Assembly: GCA_000934665.2 (NCBI GenBank)
Contig: JYFJ02001507.1
Span: 1 to 64,000, forward strand
Direction of reading: 5' to 3'
DNA: 64,000 nucleotides
Origin: Catajapyx aquilonaris
Taxonomy: Eukaryota
Below the pieces are notes generated by a model. The model saw nothing but the letters and a program-made list of their open reading frames with translations. It had not been told where the DNA came from and ran no database searches. The position numbers and the translations under genes were made by a program. Positions 36,501 to 50,501 of this stretch are shown here, in pieces. The stretch's first letter is position 1, and each line of letters begins with the position of its first letter.

Positions 36501-39353
36501 AGCTTCATACTGTCCACCTGGTTCGAGAGGATGTGGGCCACGTTGTTGTCCTGCAAGTCCCCGTCTCCCCCTCTTATCACCATCGTCTCGTCTCCAACTA
36601 ACGAGTTGTTGTTGGGCTGATGGGCCTGCTTTCGCCTTATGCTGTAGATGGCGAATTTGGAAGGGCAGTGGATCTCCCCGTGACCGAGCTGGGCGCGAAG
36701 CAGGTCGCCTTGAAGCCACAGGTACGACTGCTTGCTGTGGATAAAGCAGATTAATTAGTACGCACACTTAGAACTCTCTTCATTTAATTTTTCTACTACA
36801 AACCTGTTGCTCTTGATCGTTCACCATTGTGTTAAAAAAATCACACAACACTTACTCTTCCAGCCACTGCTGCTGGTGGCCGATGATGGACCCGGGGCGG
36901 CATATCCTTATCCAAGCGATGGCCTCCCTGGCCGTGAACCGATGGTGTTTCATTATATAGCACGCTATTAGGCTTCCCGTACGGCCTAGTCCAGCTTAAA
37001 ATGGAAAAAGATATTCTTCCAAATGCCTTTCAAAATTCCAACCCTATCCGCTCACTGATGTAGCTGACCTTTGCAATGTATGGCAATGCTTCCCGAGGCT
37101 TTCTCCGAAATGTCGAGGAACTGCCTCATGATGGCGTCGCTCGGAGTGCTTCCGTCAATGAAGAAGAGGTCCTTGTGCTCGAAGCCAGCGTTCACAAACC
37201 GGTTGGCATCGTAGATCTTCTTGTTCAGGCGCACCACAGTCGTAATGTTGTTCTTGCAGAAATAGGAAAAGTACGCCTCTGGAGCATGAAGGTGGTAGCC
37301 TGCGGGAAATGAATCACATCAGTACTTCACGTCTTCCAGTTATTTAACGGAAATCAATGTGGGCTGTACATAAACGTGGTCGTTTGACAATTTATCCATA
37401 AATTCAACTGCACCCAAAACTAATGAACGACAAGACTTCTTGGTTAGAACGCACAAGCTGAAGATAAAATCTAAGAAAATTATTACCATTCTCGATCTTG
37501 GTCTTGGGATGTGGCCCGCAGAAAGCGATGAACTTATCCGGCATTATCCAGTTGAAGTCACCATTTTCAACTCTCTGGAGGAAAAGCAACATGATATTTA
37601 AAAGTGTGTACCATTGCTAATAGTAATTTTACTTTTCGTAGTTTTCGAGATGAATTATTCTCAATATGGCTTCATTGAAATTAGTTACGTAAATCAATAT
37701 TCTTACCTCATAGTATTCGTACTCATCCACATCAAAGTCCTCGAAATTGAAGAAGCCAAGTGTGAAGGCCTTGTAGATCGCATGGAGGCAATCCGAGAGC
37801 GAGATATGGTAGACAGACATCCCAAACGATGCATCCCTGAAGAAGGGGGGGGGGAAATGCACAGTTCCCGCCCCAGAGGGGAGGGCATCAAATTCTCTAT
37901 CGACACTGACCTGAATTGAAGGAAGGGCGGATTGGATGATCCCAGCAGTATCCGATATGATTCCTCAGGCGTTTTCTTCAAGTATATGATCTACAAAACA
38001 AAAACAAAATGTCACAAAACATTCTGATATAAAAATTAACAATTCCAAGCTTACAGCGTATGCACTTATGAGGAAAGCTGCATTGGCTCTTTTCTGCGCG
38101 TCCATCGTGGTGTAATGGACAATTTTCTTCCGCGCCAAGGAATATGACTGGGAAGAGAAAAAAAATACATTCACACATTCAACCAGGTAACCACAAACTG
38201 AAACACGTATCGTTCAAATCAGTAAAACTTCACTCTCTTCATGCATTGCACAAAGCTAACATAATTCCCTTTGCAGCACTGCAATTACTTTCTACCATCG
38301 TCTAAATCAGAAAAATGTACGCATAATCACATCGTCTACATTTGAAAAACGTACGCATAATCACATCGTCTAAGTTTGAAAAACGTACACAAAATCACAT
38401 CGTCTAAATCAGAAAATGTACGCATAATCACCTTTAATTTCTTGTTAAGCTTCTGACAGTAACGATACAGCATTGCCAAGTTAAGAGGGCCGAAATCGGC
38501 GTAGAAGTTTTCATACACCAGCTCATCGTCCACGCTGAAGTAGTGGGTGTTCGGTGTGGACTTGGGCTTCACGGTGGTACGGAGGGTTACAAAGTAGAGC
38601 CGTTCTGAAAGGGAAGACGCACGTCATTTCTCATTGCACAACTGCAAATAAAAGGGATGTACCAGCGAAACAGGCATATGTGACGCCCATATCTACATTC
38701 TTGAGGATCCGCAGGTGATACCATAAATGTGCAAAGCAGTGGTAATTCAGGCGGAATAAAAGTCTCATCCGCTCAAGTACTCATAAACTCAACGTTGTAT
38801 AAATGTATAAAGTGGCATAAAAATATTACTCCCCCAGCAACTGATCGTGCAGAATACTTAGCAAAATAAAATCCAGGATGATCACAAATAAGATGCGTAT
38901 GAGTTCAGTCTCCTTTCCCTCTATACAAATTAAATCATTAAACATAATTATGTATCCATGACTTCCATCGTTAACCATGGCAACACAGAAATTCTAGTTT
39001 ATTTCACGACTTTGAAGCACCGTGTATGCTATTGCATCAACCGGCATCGTAATTTTAATTTATTGCAAAGTTGTGGTCTCCGAGACGTTCAAATTACCTA
39101 TTTTTGAAGTATGCTATAAATTGGGCAAAAAAAAAAAAACTTTGATGTAATAATTAGCGCCCGTACCTTTAATGAATTCTGATGCGCAGACCAAAATGTC
39201 GTTATTATCCTCCATGGCTCCGATCTTCTTCTGGCGTTGCTGTTTCTCAGTGGGACTTACAATCTGAATGATCCCTTTTGACGGCAACCAGCAACCTTTG
39301 GGCAGTTGATTTCTGTTTTTGTTCGGCCTCGTGCTGGTCACGACCTGGCTCAT
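33501..39353 (-). CDS. CDC14: Dual-specificity phosphatase CDC14
   Basis: Exons 39167-39353 (or ATG at 39215), 38432-38604, 38055-38147, 37911-37990, 37707-37836, 37487-37574, 37069-37299, 36856-36994, about 36315-36734, 35968-36156, 34956-35234, 33501-33549. Shows [28 protein letters not shown] and catalytic HCKAGLGRT. The 3' exons are less certain. Confidence 0.93.
38295..38430. repeat. Approximately 33-bp tandem repeat x4 abutting a CDC14 splice donor
   Basis: catcgtctaaatcagaaaatgtacgcataatca units. Confidence 0.8.
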
Positions 39354-39967
39354 GTCTTCCTCATCACTTTTTCAACCAATAAATAAAAAAGGGTGCGAAA
39401 GGGGGGGTCCACTGATAAATTTCGACAACAGGTCCTTCTTTTTTTAAAAAAATAATTAATCCCCAGCAGATGCTCACGGCTGAAACATTTGAGGCGAAGT
39501 CAGTTTCTTGTTGTCATATCACTAAAAATTTTGAATCCACACTGGAATTTTGGCTACCTCATCTTCTTAGCACCGACCTGTAAAGGAGAAAGAAAGAGAG
39601 AGAGAGCATAAGTTGAGAGCTCCCACACAATAAAGCGCAAAAGGCAGAAGTTACATCACGCTATCCGCCCAATAAAACATGCCAGATCAATAGTCAACAC
39701 AGGAACTTCAGCAATAAATTATTCATGTGGGTAAATAATTCATCCGATCAGGAAGTGTTACACCACACTGTACTGTGGGTAATCGCATTAGCCACGCATC
39801 ATCGCAATGTGCCAGTGCAACGTTTTAAGTACGACACAAGAACGAACTGGACGAGCAGCGGAATGGTTGGGGATCATGACGTACACCTTTCGAATGTGAA
39901 CAGGTTCAAGCTTCATTGTCTAACTGCTGTCAGGCTTAGCACTTGTCCAACTGTATCGTAAGGCTTT

Positions 39968-41062
39968 GTAATTGTCCAAATGTAATTGTCCGGCTTTTAG
40001 AAATTGTCCAAATGTAATTGTCCGGCTTTTAGAAATTGTCCAAATGTAATTGTCCGGCTTTTAGAAATTGTCCAAATGTAATTGTCCGGCTTTTAGAAAT
40101 TGTCCAAATGTAATTGTCCGGCTTTTAGAAATTGTCCAAATGTAATTGTCTGGTGCTTAGTAATTGTCCAAATGTAACTGTCCAGCTGTTAGTAATTATC
40201 CAACTGCAATTGTCCTCAGTGCTTAGTAATTCTCCAAATAAAAGTGTAACTGATCTGAGCACTCAGTACATGTCTAATTGCAAGTGTAATTGCCCAATTG
40301 CAGGTGTAATATTGTCATCAGCACTTACTGTCTTATAGTAAAGGTAAATGTTCTTAACACTTATGTCCGATTGCACCAAAGAAATGACCGATTCGATAGC
40401 GCTTAACAGATCGTTAGCACACGTTAAAAGGGCTCCTAACGATCCATTAGTAGCTATCGGATTGGTGATTTCGGTTGGTGCAATCGAGTATTAGCAATTG
40501 TTCTCAGTACTTGTCCTACTGTAAGCATATATTGTCCTCAGCACTTAGAACGTGTATTATTGTAAGTGTAATTGTGCTCAGCACTTGGTACGTGTCTTAT
40601 TGTAAGTGTAATTGTGCTCAGCACTTGGTACGTGTTATTGTCCTCAGCACTTAAATAATTGTTCAATTTCAAGTGTAATAAATTGTCCTCAGCACTTGAA
40701 CAATTACTAAGTGCTGAGGACAATTACACTAAAAACTGGACTATTGCTAATTGTTAAGAACAATTACACTGACTATTAGGCAAGTGCTTAGGTCAATTAC
40801 AGTTGTAATTGAACAATTACTAAGTGTAATTGTCCTAAGCACTTGTCTAATAGTAAGTGAAATTGTTCTTAACAATTAGCAATTGTCCAGTTTCAGGTGT
40901 ACTTGTGCTCAGTAACTGTCCAATTGTCAGCATAACTGTCCTGAGCTCTTACTTAGTAACAGTCCAAATGTAATTGTCATGAGCACTTAGTACATGTCCA
41001 GATGTAAGTGCAATTGTCGTGAGCACTTAGTAATAGTCCTGATCCATCGGTACTTGTCCAAT
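39968..41062. repeat. 32-bp minisatellite and degenerate derivatives, partly inverted
   Basis: attgtccaaatgtaattgtccggcttttagaa x5 perfect, then degenerate taattgtcctcagcact units with an inversion at about 40700-40830. Confidence 0.9.
40368..40486. mobile_element. Small MITE-like inverted repeat inserted in the satellite
   Basis: cgattgcaccaaagaaatgaccgattcgatag and ctatcggattggtgatttcggttggtgcaatcg. Confidence 0.55.
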
Positions 41063-44030
41063 ATATTGTTAAGTGTCCGGTTCTGAGCTCTTGTTAGTGT
41101 GTCGACCAGCACATATGGTACGGACATGCTGTACCTTATTCTTCCAGCATCCCTGTTCCGTTGACCCCTTATTATTATTACCTACACTACGTACCCTCCT
41201 CCTTTTTACGGTAAGTCCGAGTGACTGCAAAGGTACTGGTAGTTTGACATTCCAAACCTCCAAAAGAGAGAGAAAAAATCCGTTACGCACGACCCTTTTT
41301 CGGAGGATTATCGAACGAGAGAGTGGGCGGCTCTCTCTCTCTCTATATACCTTCTCTGATTTAATCACCTCCCCTTGCCCACCACCCCTTTCCATGCTTT
41401 AAAAAAAAAAAAAAGTGTCATTACATAACCCCTCCCAATGTTTACTACAATCCCTTTAAAATTATTAAAATCCTAATAACAACAGAACTTACCCCTACAG
41501 AGAGAGAGAGAGAGAGGCCAACCGGAAAAAGATTTTTCCACTCTTTTCACTGGCGGCAGCCGTTCGATTTATGACGTTCTCAAAATCGTATTTAAACCCG
41601 TTTTTTAAAATGTATATAAATAAATGGGAGGGGTCACATGTGTGGGTCTGGGCCAATAGGAAGGCTTGGATTTGCGGAAGTCGCACTTGATTTATACGGT
41701 ATATCAAAAAAGTGGAGGGGTGGAGAGGGGGGGGGGAGGGTCAAAAGGACGGTTGGAAGCCGCTATTTTGAAATGTATTAGCTACCAAATGTAACTGTTA
41801 TTTCGAACAGCACAAATCGCGTAAATCGCTCTAACTGCGGTACTGGTGGCGCCTGTCTTGGAGGCTAGTTTGAGCTTCAGGTCTGCTGGCTACCGTTACT
41901 CAACTCCGCGAGTGTACAGTCACCGTAAAAGAGTAAGTTAGCATACCTGATTCTCAAATTAGCCTCCAATTGTTGTGACGATCTATCACTACTCTTGAGG
42001 TAACGAGAGATGTCTTTGGAGGCTAGTTTGAGCTTCAGGTTTGCTCTTGGGTTTGCTACATTTACTCTTTTAAGCGACTGGACAAACAGCGATCGCTATT
42101 TCCAGTCGAAACCATCGCTGCTTTATTCGAGGCCAACAGCTACGCGTTGTGTTACATCGTCGCCAGTGGCATCTGTTGTCAGATTCACAAACTAACAACC
42201 GTATTCGCGTCGATGACATAATTTGTCACCCTCGCCATCTGTTGCCCGAACTTCGCACCACTTCGCACCTTCTTCGCTCAGTTTTTTTTTTCCTTTTTTC
42301 TTTTTTTTTTAAAAAAATATTGTGATGATCAATGCTCCTCCATATAAAAGTCGATCAGTTCTGACACACTGACCCCAGCGATAATAATAAGAACGTACCG
42401 ACAGAAGAGATCCTGCGCCTGCTGAGCCTGCTTGTTTTGATATGCGTTTGCTGCTTGAATAATAAAACCCACGGCGTAAAATCAACTACTACGTAATGGG
42501 GGGTTGCCTCAGCCAGCTTTTCATCCTCTGCATGCATGAATTGCTTTTGCTTGGGACGCCCACTTCCGACGGGTTTGCGCGAATGCAAATCAGTGCACAT
42601 AAAACGGCGTAGGATTATATATAAAAAAAACAGACAGAGAGAAAAGACACTGAGAGAGACACACCCCGGCTTGAATGTTTGCGTCATAGGGACACGCTTA
42701 CAGTGTACAAGAGAGGCGTCGATATGCGTTTCTGTCATATCTATACAGTAATTAACATGCAGAAAATTTAAATATAGTGGAATTATATTTATAATTACTT
42801 ATATGCTAATTGCTATATACATATTCCTGTAGCACACTAATTTCATGGCTCAGGAGAAAACATGCTAACCACTAGTAGCGATGTTTTTCTCCCGAACCCT
42901 TCAATATTAGTGTATATTAGCCCTGCTACCATATACTCAAGATGTGTTTATCCATCTTGCATAATTATACTCGACCATATACGCAATGATTACACATCAT
43001 TGAAAGCAGAGTACATAAAAAAATTACACGTACGATTAATTTCTTTCCTAAAATTATCCAAAAATGATGCAAAGACTATTTTTATAAAGAGGCAGTCAGA
43101 TGGAAATTCGAGGCGAGAAAATTGGGTGTTGCTATAAACAGCACATAGTGTTACTTAATGACCCTTATGAGGCTAATCTTAATTGCACCCTGTGTTTGGC
43201 TCATTATTACATAATGGAGTATCCTTGAGAGTAATGGCTATGCAATGGTACTAAAAAAAAAAAGTTCTGCCAGATTGGGATAATTTGGATCAAAAATAAG
43301 TAGTGCAAGACTGAAAAGCAAAGTGGAAAAAGGTCATTTTAGATAGGGATGTAAATAACTAATACATTAATGTTAAATAACTATTGTTGGCCAAAAAATT
43401 ATCATAGTGCCTCGAAGTTTTTGAAGAGGGCTGAAAAATGTTCAACATAAAAAATTAGCGTGGAATGTAATTTTTTTTCCCACGAACAGTTTCGGCAAAT
43501 CAAACGGATTCAAATAAAGTAAACATTCGTACCTATAATTTAAAAATTCCTAACAATAGATGCAGGGGACAGCTGAAGTATATTTATTTCTTAAATTAAT
43601 ATTGTTATTGTTTAGATGTCATAGGCTAGGCTAATTGCATACTAAAAATGTGATAGTAGAATAAAATCTTGTACAGTGTGGAACAAAAGTTACTTCAAAT
43701 TTGCTTCAATATTTGGGTTACCTGAAGTTTGACCAATTTGTGGCAAGAGATTGAGCAGTTCCAAAAAAAAAGTTTAATTTCATCTTATGTTACATACATT
43801 ACAGAAAAGTTACAGCATTGCCCTTCATGTGACATGTCCCAATTCATCATTACAACAGTCGACAGATTTCCTGAAGATGCAATATCAATACATTTTGCCA
43901 TGCCCATGAAATTCTTTTGCAAATTTATAAAAAAAAAGAGGGCTGAACACAATGCACTTTAAAATTCTTCCAACTTGATTCAACACTTGTAAGTCAAACA
44001 GTAACATTTGGCAAGACTCTACAAAATCCG

Positions 44031-44162
44031 GGGGTGGATTCATCAAGTGTCGTAAGTCAAATTTTCGGCGTAACTGGTCGTAACCATAGTTAGTTAATTA
44101 TTCGAGATATGGTTACAACCCTGGTTACAACTAAAACATTTGACATTGGATGAATTCACCCC
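44031..44162. mobile_element. Small MITE-like element
   Basis: TIRs ggggtggattcatc and gatgaattcacccc, with inner inverted segments (gtcaaa/tttgac, gtaaccata/tatggttac). Confidence 0.55.
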
Positions 44163-46672
44163 TAGGCCCTGCCCTAGGTTACCAAGTGTCAGTCCTGAAA
44201 ACATGTCCCCTAACAGCATTCTCTATGTATGTATGTTTTAGTGTACGACCTTGGATCATCAGAAGTCAGGCTTGACTTTTTATAAACTTTGATTTTACAA
44301 GTCCAGATTGCCTATGAAGTTCATGACAAACTTCCAAAGTTCCTTGATAATGCATGTTACAAATATGCTAAGCATTTTGTAATACTTGATAAACCATCCT
44401 TTATTTACATTTTCATAATGTAAGACACATACAACCTTGTGTGAATAAAATCATGAATGTAAACTTTGGCACTCAGATTAGCTCACATAATTATGAACTG
44501 ACATCAATTAGTCTACAGAGGTAAATTACAAAAAAATATATACTGCCATTAGAACATAAACTCACGTGCCTCTTACTGTTCATCACTTGTAATATTGCAC
44601 ATAGCAATGTGATGATAATTAGTACGGCTTATGTTCGGTTTCTGTTACACTTGATGTTAGTTACTCTTGCTGAGGGCCAAATTACAAATTAGCAGGTGTG
44701 TTTAGAAGAGAGATGATAATACAATTTGCATATCAATATCTTATAAAAATCACATTTTCAAATATCAGTTCTCATAGTCTTCTTAGTACATTGGCGCGGG
44801 GCCTTTATGGCCAGGTCGCCGTAACTCAGACATAAGTCTTCTTAGTACATTATGTTATTTACAATAAGAGTTAAAAGGTGTTTCAGGTGACTAACTTGTA
44901 AGTAAATACAAAATTTAATACTTGTTAATTGCAAGTAGAAATGGTCTGGGACAAATGGATGATTAGGAAAGGCAAATAGATCGACATAAAATCTGGAGTT
45001 TGACTAAAACAATGCAAAACAATACCAAATGTAACATCATACTGTTGTACTAAGCACATTACAATTACATCATCGCTGTAAAGAGAAAACGTGTTATGTA
45101 ACAGAGCACACTGCTACCTCATTACGTGATACAATGACGTGATAGAGAAGTAGCACCACATAAAATAATGCGTAAACCAGAAAATTAAATATAGAGAGCC
45201 TCCAGTTGTCACCCCAAATATCCTTGTGACTGTGTGAAGTATTCCCTTTAGAAATATTACAAATAATCCCATACAAAAAAACGAACATCAAGTGACCTAA
45301 AATGCTCCAAATACTTCGGATTCAATGTATACTGGAACCTGGCATTTACTCAATGAAAACCAGTCACAGAAAAATGAAATTATTGACTCAATATTGGTCA
45401 ATGTTCTCTGAACGGTTCCCACCAACCTGTACGTGCTGAACACCTGTGCCATTTGGCTTCATCTCGTAATATCCTCGCATTTACACATCTTTACAAACAT
45501 TGTAATATTGTCAACAAGACTATTGTACAATTCCAATAATACAGAACATACTCCAATCAAGATGTATTATCTACAAAAGCATCAAGAAGCAACATATTAA
45601 ATTGCAATAACTCTGTAGAAAATGCCTCAATTTCACATCTATTTTGACATTTTAATAATTATTATCTTTGGTAAATTCAATTTGTAATGTTTGGATTGAA
45701 AGTCTAGCTTTTGAGACATTTTCTCCTCATTTCTTGAGTAGTTTAAAGTAAATTGAACATTTAGTGTGTAACATGGTTTAAACTTGAACTTTTTGTGCAA
45801 CAAATTCGGTAATTAAAAAGTTGAAAGTCAAGTTTGATCAGCACTTTTTTTCCCTTGGCATCATATAAATATTTAGCATCACAGACAATAATATTGCACA
45901 TTATCTTGCAACATTTACAATGTACGGTACACGTTGTACATGACCTAAAATATAGTCATAAAATTTGCAATTAAACTTTTACGCAATAAATTCAAGGCCA
46001 ATATTGTATGTTTAGGTTTAACAGCTGTTAATTGGTCTGTGAAGTACAAGAATTTTCATTGCTGGTAACCTCACACACCAATTACCAGGCTATTAAAATT
46101 TACATAAAGGTCAAAAAGTAACTGAAAATTTGTAAAGAAAAAAAAACTGAACATTGAAGAAACTAACACTGCAACACTGTCACTTACAAAAATCCAACTC
46201 CTCATATTTTTCTGAATAAAACGGGTTGCCATTCCTCACTGGACAATTACAACTTTAAATAAACCTTCTCTTTGCAATATAACTCTCTAACAGCACCAAT
46301 TTTGACTACAGTGTAAACTTAGAGAAGGTAAATCATTTAGACCATTCCACTGTAATTGCACAAGGCTCCAATTAGAAGAGGCAACCCATCATCTCATTTT
46401 CTTTTTATGTACAGTACATCAGCAGTTCTCTGTTCACAGTAAAATTTGTCCATTAGTACACTTAAAAAAAAAAATCTTGTTGCATCTTTCATGCACTTCT
46501 ATCACACAATACTATTCTGCTATACTGAGTTGCTATGTTGACTTCTTTTGACATGCTCTTGGTAACGCAACGATACTTCCGACATTTACTATGCATTCAA
46601 TACCTTAATATTAATATCCCCCAGTAAAACTTCTAACAGGTCACAACATCGTTAAATGCACTTCACTCACTG

Positions 46673-47809
46673 TCAGTGCTGCGATCCCAAAGCATAGTTG
46701 AGAAGAGTCATGAACATAAATCCAACGAACATGAACAACACCTTGACCATCCGGCTCTTCCCATCAACAAACTCTTCAGGGATCAGCTCCATAAAAGTTA
46801 CGTACACGAACACACCTGCCGCAACACCTTGCAGCAACCCGGACACCAACATACCCGTGGCTCCAGGTGCACTTCCCAAACCGATACCAATCAACCCTCC
46901 GATCGGTATGGTAACAGTGAAGGCCAACACATACCTGCAACCTTTCCACACACCCATCCCCAGCTTAGAGGTGCTTACACCCATCGCTAGAGCAACCAGC
47001 GCTTCATGTAGCAGCACAGCCAGGAAGAGACGTAGTGCACGAGTCTCCTCACGCTGAAGTCCTAGTGCAACACCTTCCAGCAGTGAATGGACACTCACAG
47101 CAAGTAACAACAAGACAAACTGAAGGCCGGTCGTGTGGCCCAGAAGGTCTGCCACTTGCGAGTGGCTGTGATGGTGTTTCTGAGGCTGGAAGATCGGGCT
47201 GGGTGGGATGGCCGCATTCCCATTTAGATGGCCAGCTTGAAAAAGCAATCATTAGTTAGTTAATGTACGTGGAAAAGAGATTGACAATGCATTACCTGGA
47301 ACTGTGCTTCCAGTCTTCACCGCACAGCAATCTCCATCCTCAACAATGGGCAGCTCTTCCTCCACATCCTCCTCCTCCTCCAGCAGCTCCTCCTTCTCCT
47401 CGTCCACCCCTTCCCCTTTCCTCCTCATCAAGTCCACCTCCACCCTCTCGCCTTCCCTCCGCCTCCCTTCCTTGCATCCCAACACTCCTTGCTCCAGGGC
47501 CAGTATGGCAAAGAAGCCCAGGACCAAAGACATCTCCGCCAAGGGCATGTCCGCCGCGAAGCTTCCACCAAATGCGGTAACAGCCTCCTCGAACTTGTGC
47601 CTGGAGAAAGGAAGTAGGCCCAAGAAGCAGACGCCCACGAATACTCCAGCTGCCACGCAATTGCAGAAGGAGAGGACGCGGGAGGCAAAGTCACTAAGTT
47701 GGGAGGACCCACGGCGGTGCACCAGGATCACCGGTATCACCCCACAGAGGGTTGTCACCGAGAATATTGTCACCAAGCATGATAACTGAAGCGCAACGAT
47801 GTTCATCAT
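46673..47809 (-). CDS. ZIP subfamily II zinc transporter (SLC39A1/2/3-like)
   Basis: Exons 47296-47809 and 46673-47235. Shows NCVAAGVFVGVCFLGLLP, PLAE, HHHSHS loop, SVHSLLEGVALG, LLHEALVA and GVAAGVFVYVTFMEL. Upstream splice acceptor at 47840. Confidence 0.93.
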
Positions 47810-48224
47810 GAGTAGATGCTTCCAGCAATGGTGCTAAGCCTGGAAAAGATTACAATGTAAATTTTCCAGCACAATACTTGGATGTTACCATATTTCAAGC
47901 ACGATTCCCTCAATTTTAATTACTGTCCACTGCATTCATGTACACATTCAATGAGCACATTTCAGATACTTGTCAATGTATTAACACATGTATTAATCCC
48001 GATTAATCCTGCCTTTCCTATCAGTGACACCTCAAAGATTATGAAGTCACACTTGATACATTTGAACTTTGTATTTAGAAAGCTATAAAGGTGTAATACC
48101 TAGGCACTTACATATTTAGTTCATGAGCTAGTTTTTCATTTGCTCATGAAATAATATTTTAAAAAATTAAACAAAAAATAATTCGGCCACATCTGGGTTA
48201 ACACGTACTAAGCTGTATTATTAA

Positions 48225-48484
48225 CCCTGGAACCATGCCGTGGGGTCTTTTTGGACCCCAAGAAACTAAAATGGATTAAAATTATACTTACAATGAACTT
48301 TTGCCTTTTTTTTTTTTACTGTATATAACAAGAAGTGCATGTTTATTTTGAATTAGCGATCATTTTAGGCATCGTTCAAAGAATGATTGTATATAGTCAA
48401 TACATTGAAAAGTATTATATAAAAATTAATAAAAATTAAAATATGGATGGGGTCCGAAAAGACCCCCACGGCACGGTTCCAGGG
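48225..48484. mobile_element. piggyBac-type MITE
   Basis: TTAA flanks at 48221-48224 and 48485-48488, CCCT...AGGG termini and about 36-bp imperfect TIRs. Confidence 0.85.
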
Positions 48485-49389
48485 TTAACATTTACTGTAC
48501 TAACATGTATTGTAAGCATATACTAACATATGTAAAGTAAGCAAGTACTAACATGTTTCATTAACATGTATTAACACATGTATTAACAGTGTAAGTCCCA
48601 CCTGTTTCATATATAATAAGGTGCGTAAGGACAAGGCGGCAACAGTCTGCAGAAACATTGCGGAAACCTGGTTCGCTCTAGAAGCGACACAACTTGTCCT
48701 CACCCTTCCAAACGTGTTGCAAAATGTATTCCAAGCAATTGAAGGCACAACAATGCACAGGTGCGTACACAGCAAGTGAACATATGTCCCAACTTTATAT
48801 TATTCACACCTTTCCCCTGGGTCTGGCCAATGTTTTGGCCGCATCCAGTTCCAACTTATTGGCAAAATAATTAGGTGACGTCTGGACGTGACAAGTACTT
48901 GAATATTTTATAAGGTCTCACCATATTGATTTGAAATTTAGATGAATCCGGAAGACTGGAAGGGTGAAAGTCCCTGTCGCATTTTTTCTCCATTTTTTTT
49001 TTGGTTAACTAACTGAACCCCAGCTGTAATTCAAACGATAGTATACTCAACTCCCACGTAATTAAAATATGCTGTAATTACAATCTTCATACAGCTAATT
49101 AAGATTAAAAATTAAAATGAAAAAAAAAAACATTTTGTTTGCATCGCGTAGTTGGAAAATTACGATAGTATCGATGTGGCACTACTAGGAGCCTCGCATG
49201 AAAAAAAAGCAGAAAAAGTCAGGTGAGATTTAATTCAATTTATTTAAATGAATTTAGCTGCAATTGCACAATGTAACTGCAATTGAAATGTTCATCATGA
49301 AGTATGCTTTGAGCTGAAATTAAATTCTGAACATGCCTTTTAGTATTTGAATCACATGCTTCATTCCTCCGAAAGGGCTATCATAGCTT

Positions 49390-49962
49390 TAGATGTACTG
49401 TACATATGTAAAAACAACACATATGTACTGCATAGAGTATGTACAGTTATAACCAACCTATGTACTACATAGAGTATGTACACAACCGTACATATGCACA
49501 TGAACATATATTTATACATGTAAATAGAGTGATGTGTACATAAGTTGTACATATGTAAATAGACAGTTGTGCATATGTAATAGAGTATGTACATAGGTCT
49601 ATAGACATAGTTGTACATAGGTCTATAGACATCTATAGTCTATAGTACATAATTATGTAATATAGTATGTACATAGTTGTACATATGTAATATAGTATGT
49701 ACATAGTTGTACATATGTAATATAGTATGTACATAGTTGTACATATGTAATATAGTATGTACATAGTTGTACATATGTAATATAGTATGTACATAGTTGT
49801 ACATATGTAAAAGAGTATGTACATAGTTGTACATATGTAAAAGAGTATGTACATAGTTGTACATATGTAATATACTATGTACATAGTTGTACATATGTAA
49901 AAGAGTATGTACATAGTTGTACATATGTAAAAGAGTATGTACATAGTTGTACATATGTAAAT
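49390..49962. repeat. 30-bp minisatellite
   Basis: acatatgtaatatagtatgtacatagttgt in about 10 near-perfect copies (49655-49960) plus degenerate copies. Confidence 0.95.
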
Positions 49963-49978
49963 ACAATACTTGTATGTA

Positions 49979-50406
49979 CAGTGCCGTGCACAATAGCATA
50001 TAACAAGTGTAAACAACGACTTTGGCGTTACCTGGCAACTGGGCGTGTTCGGACATCGGCATGTGGAGAGTGCTTAGCGCTCTTTCTGTCGTTGCCACTG
50101 TTTACAGGTAGCGATTGATGATAACTCCATCATCGTGGGAATAAGACAGTGACGATAGTGTGATAATAACGAAGCGCCTTCTCAAAATAATATCCCCTCA
50201 GCCCGCTTATTCCGATGCCATGCATTGGTAAGCATGCACACACCCTTTGCTATAGGTCGCCCAGCATCAATCGCTACCTGTAAACAGTGGCAACGACAGA
50301 AAGAACGCTAAGCACTCTCCATATGCCGATGTCCAAACACGCCCAGTTGCCAGGTAACGCCAAAGTCGTTGTTTACACTTGTTATATGCTATTGTGCACG
50401 GCACTG
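49979..50406. mobile_element. Tc1/mariner-type MITE, 428 bp, 142-bp TIRs
   Basis: TA|CAGTG...CACTG|TA ends. Arms 49979-50120 and 50265-50406 differ at only 3 positions around a 144-bp spacer. Confidence 0.85.
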
Positions 50407-50501
50407 TACTATTGACTTGTAGAAAAAATTTGGCATTACGCTTATCTAGTGAACTCATGTTTTTCCTTCAGGTTGGTAATCCGGCAACGTGCAGTTAAAT
50501 A

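Noticed and set aside
49633..50098. Repetitive ORFs (YICTTMYIL / LHMYNYVHT)
   Set aside because: These are translations of the 30-bp minisatellite.
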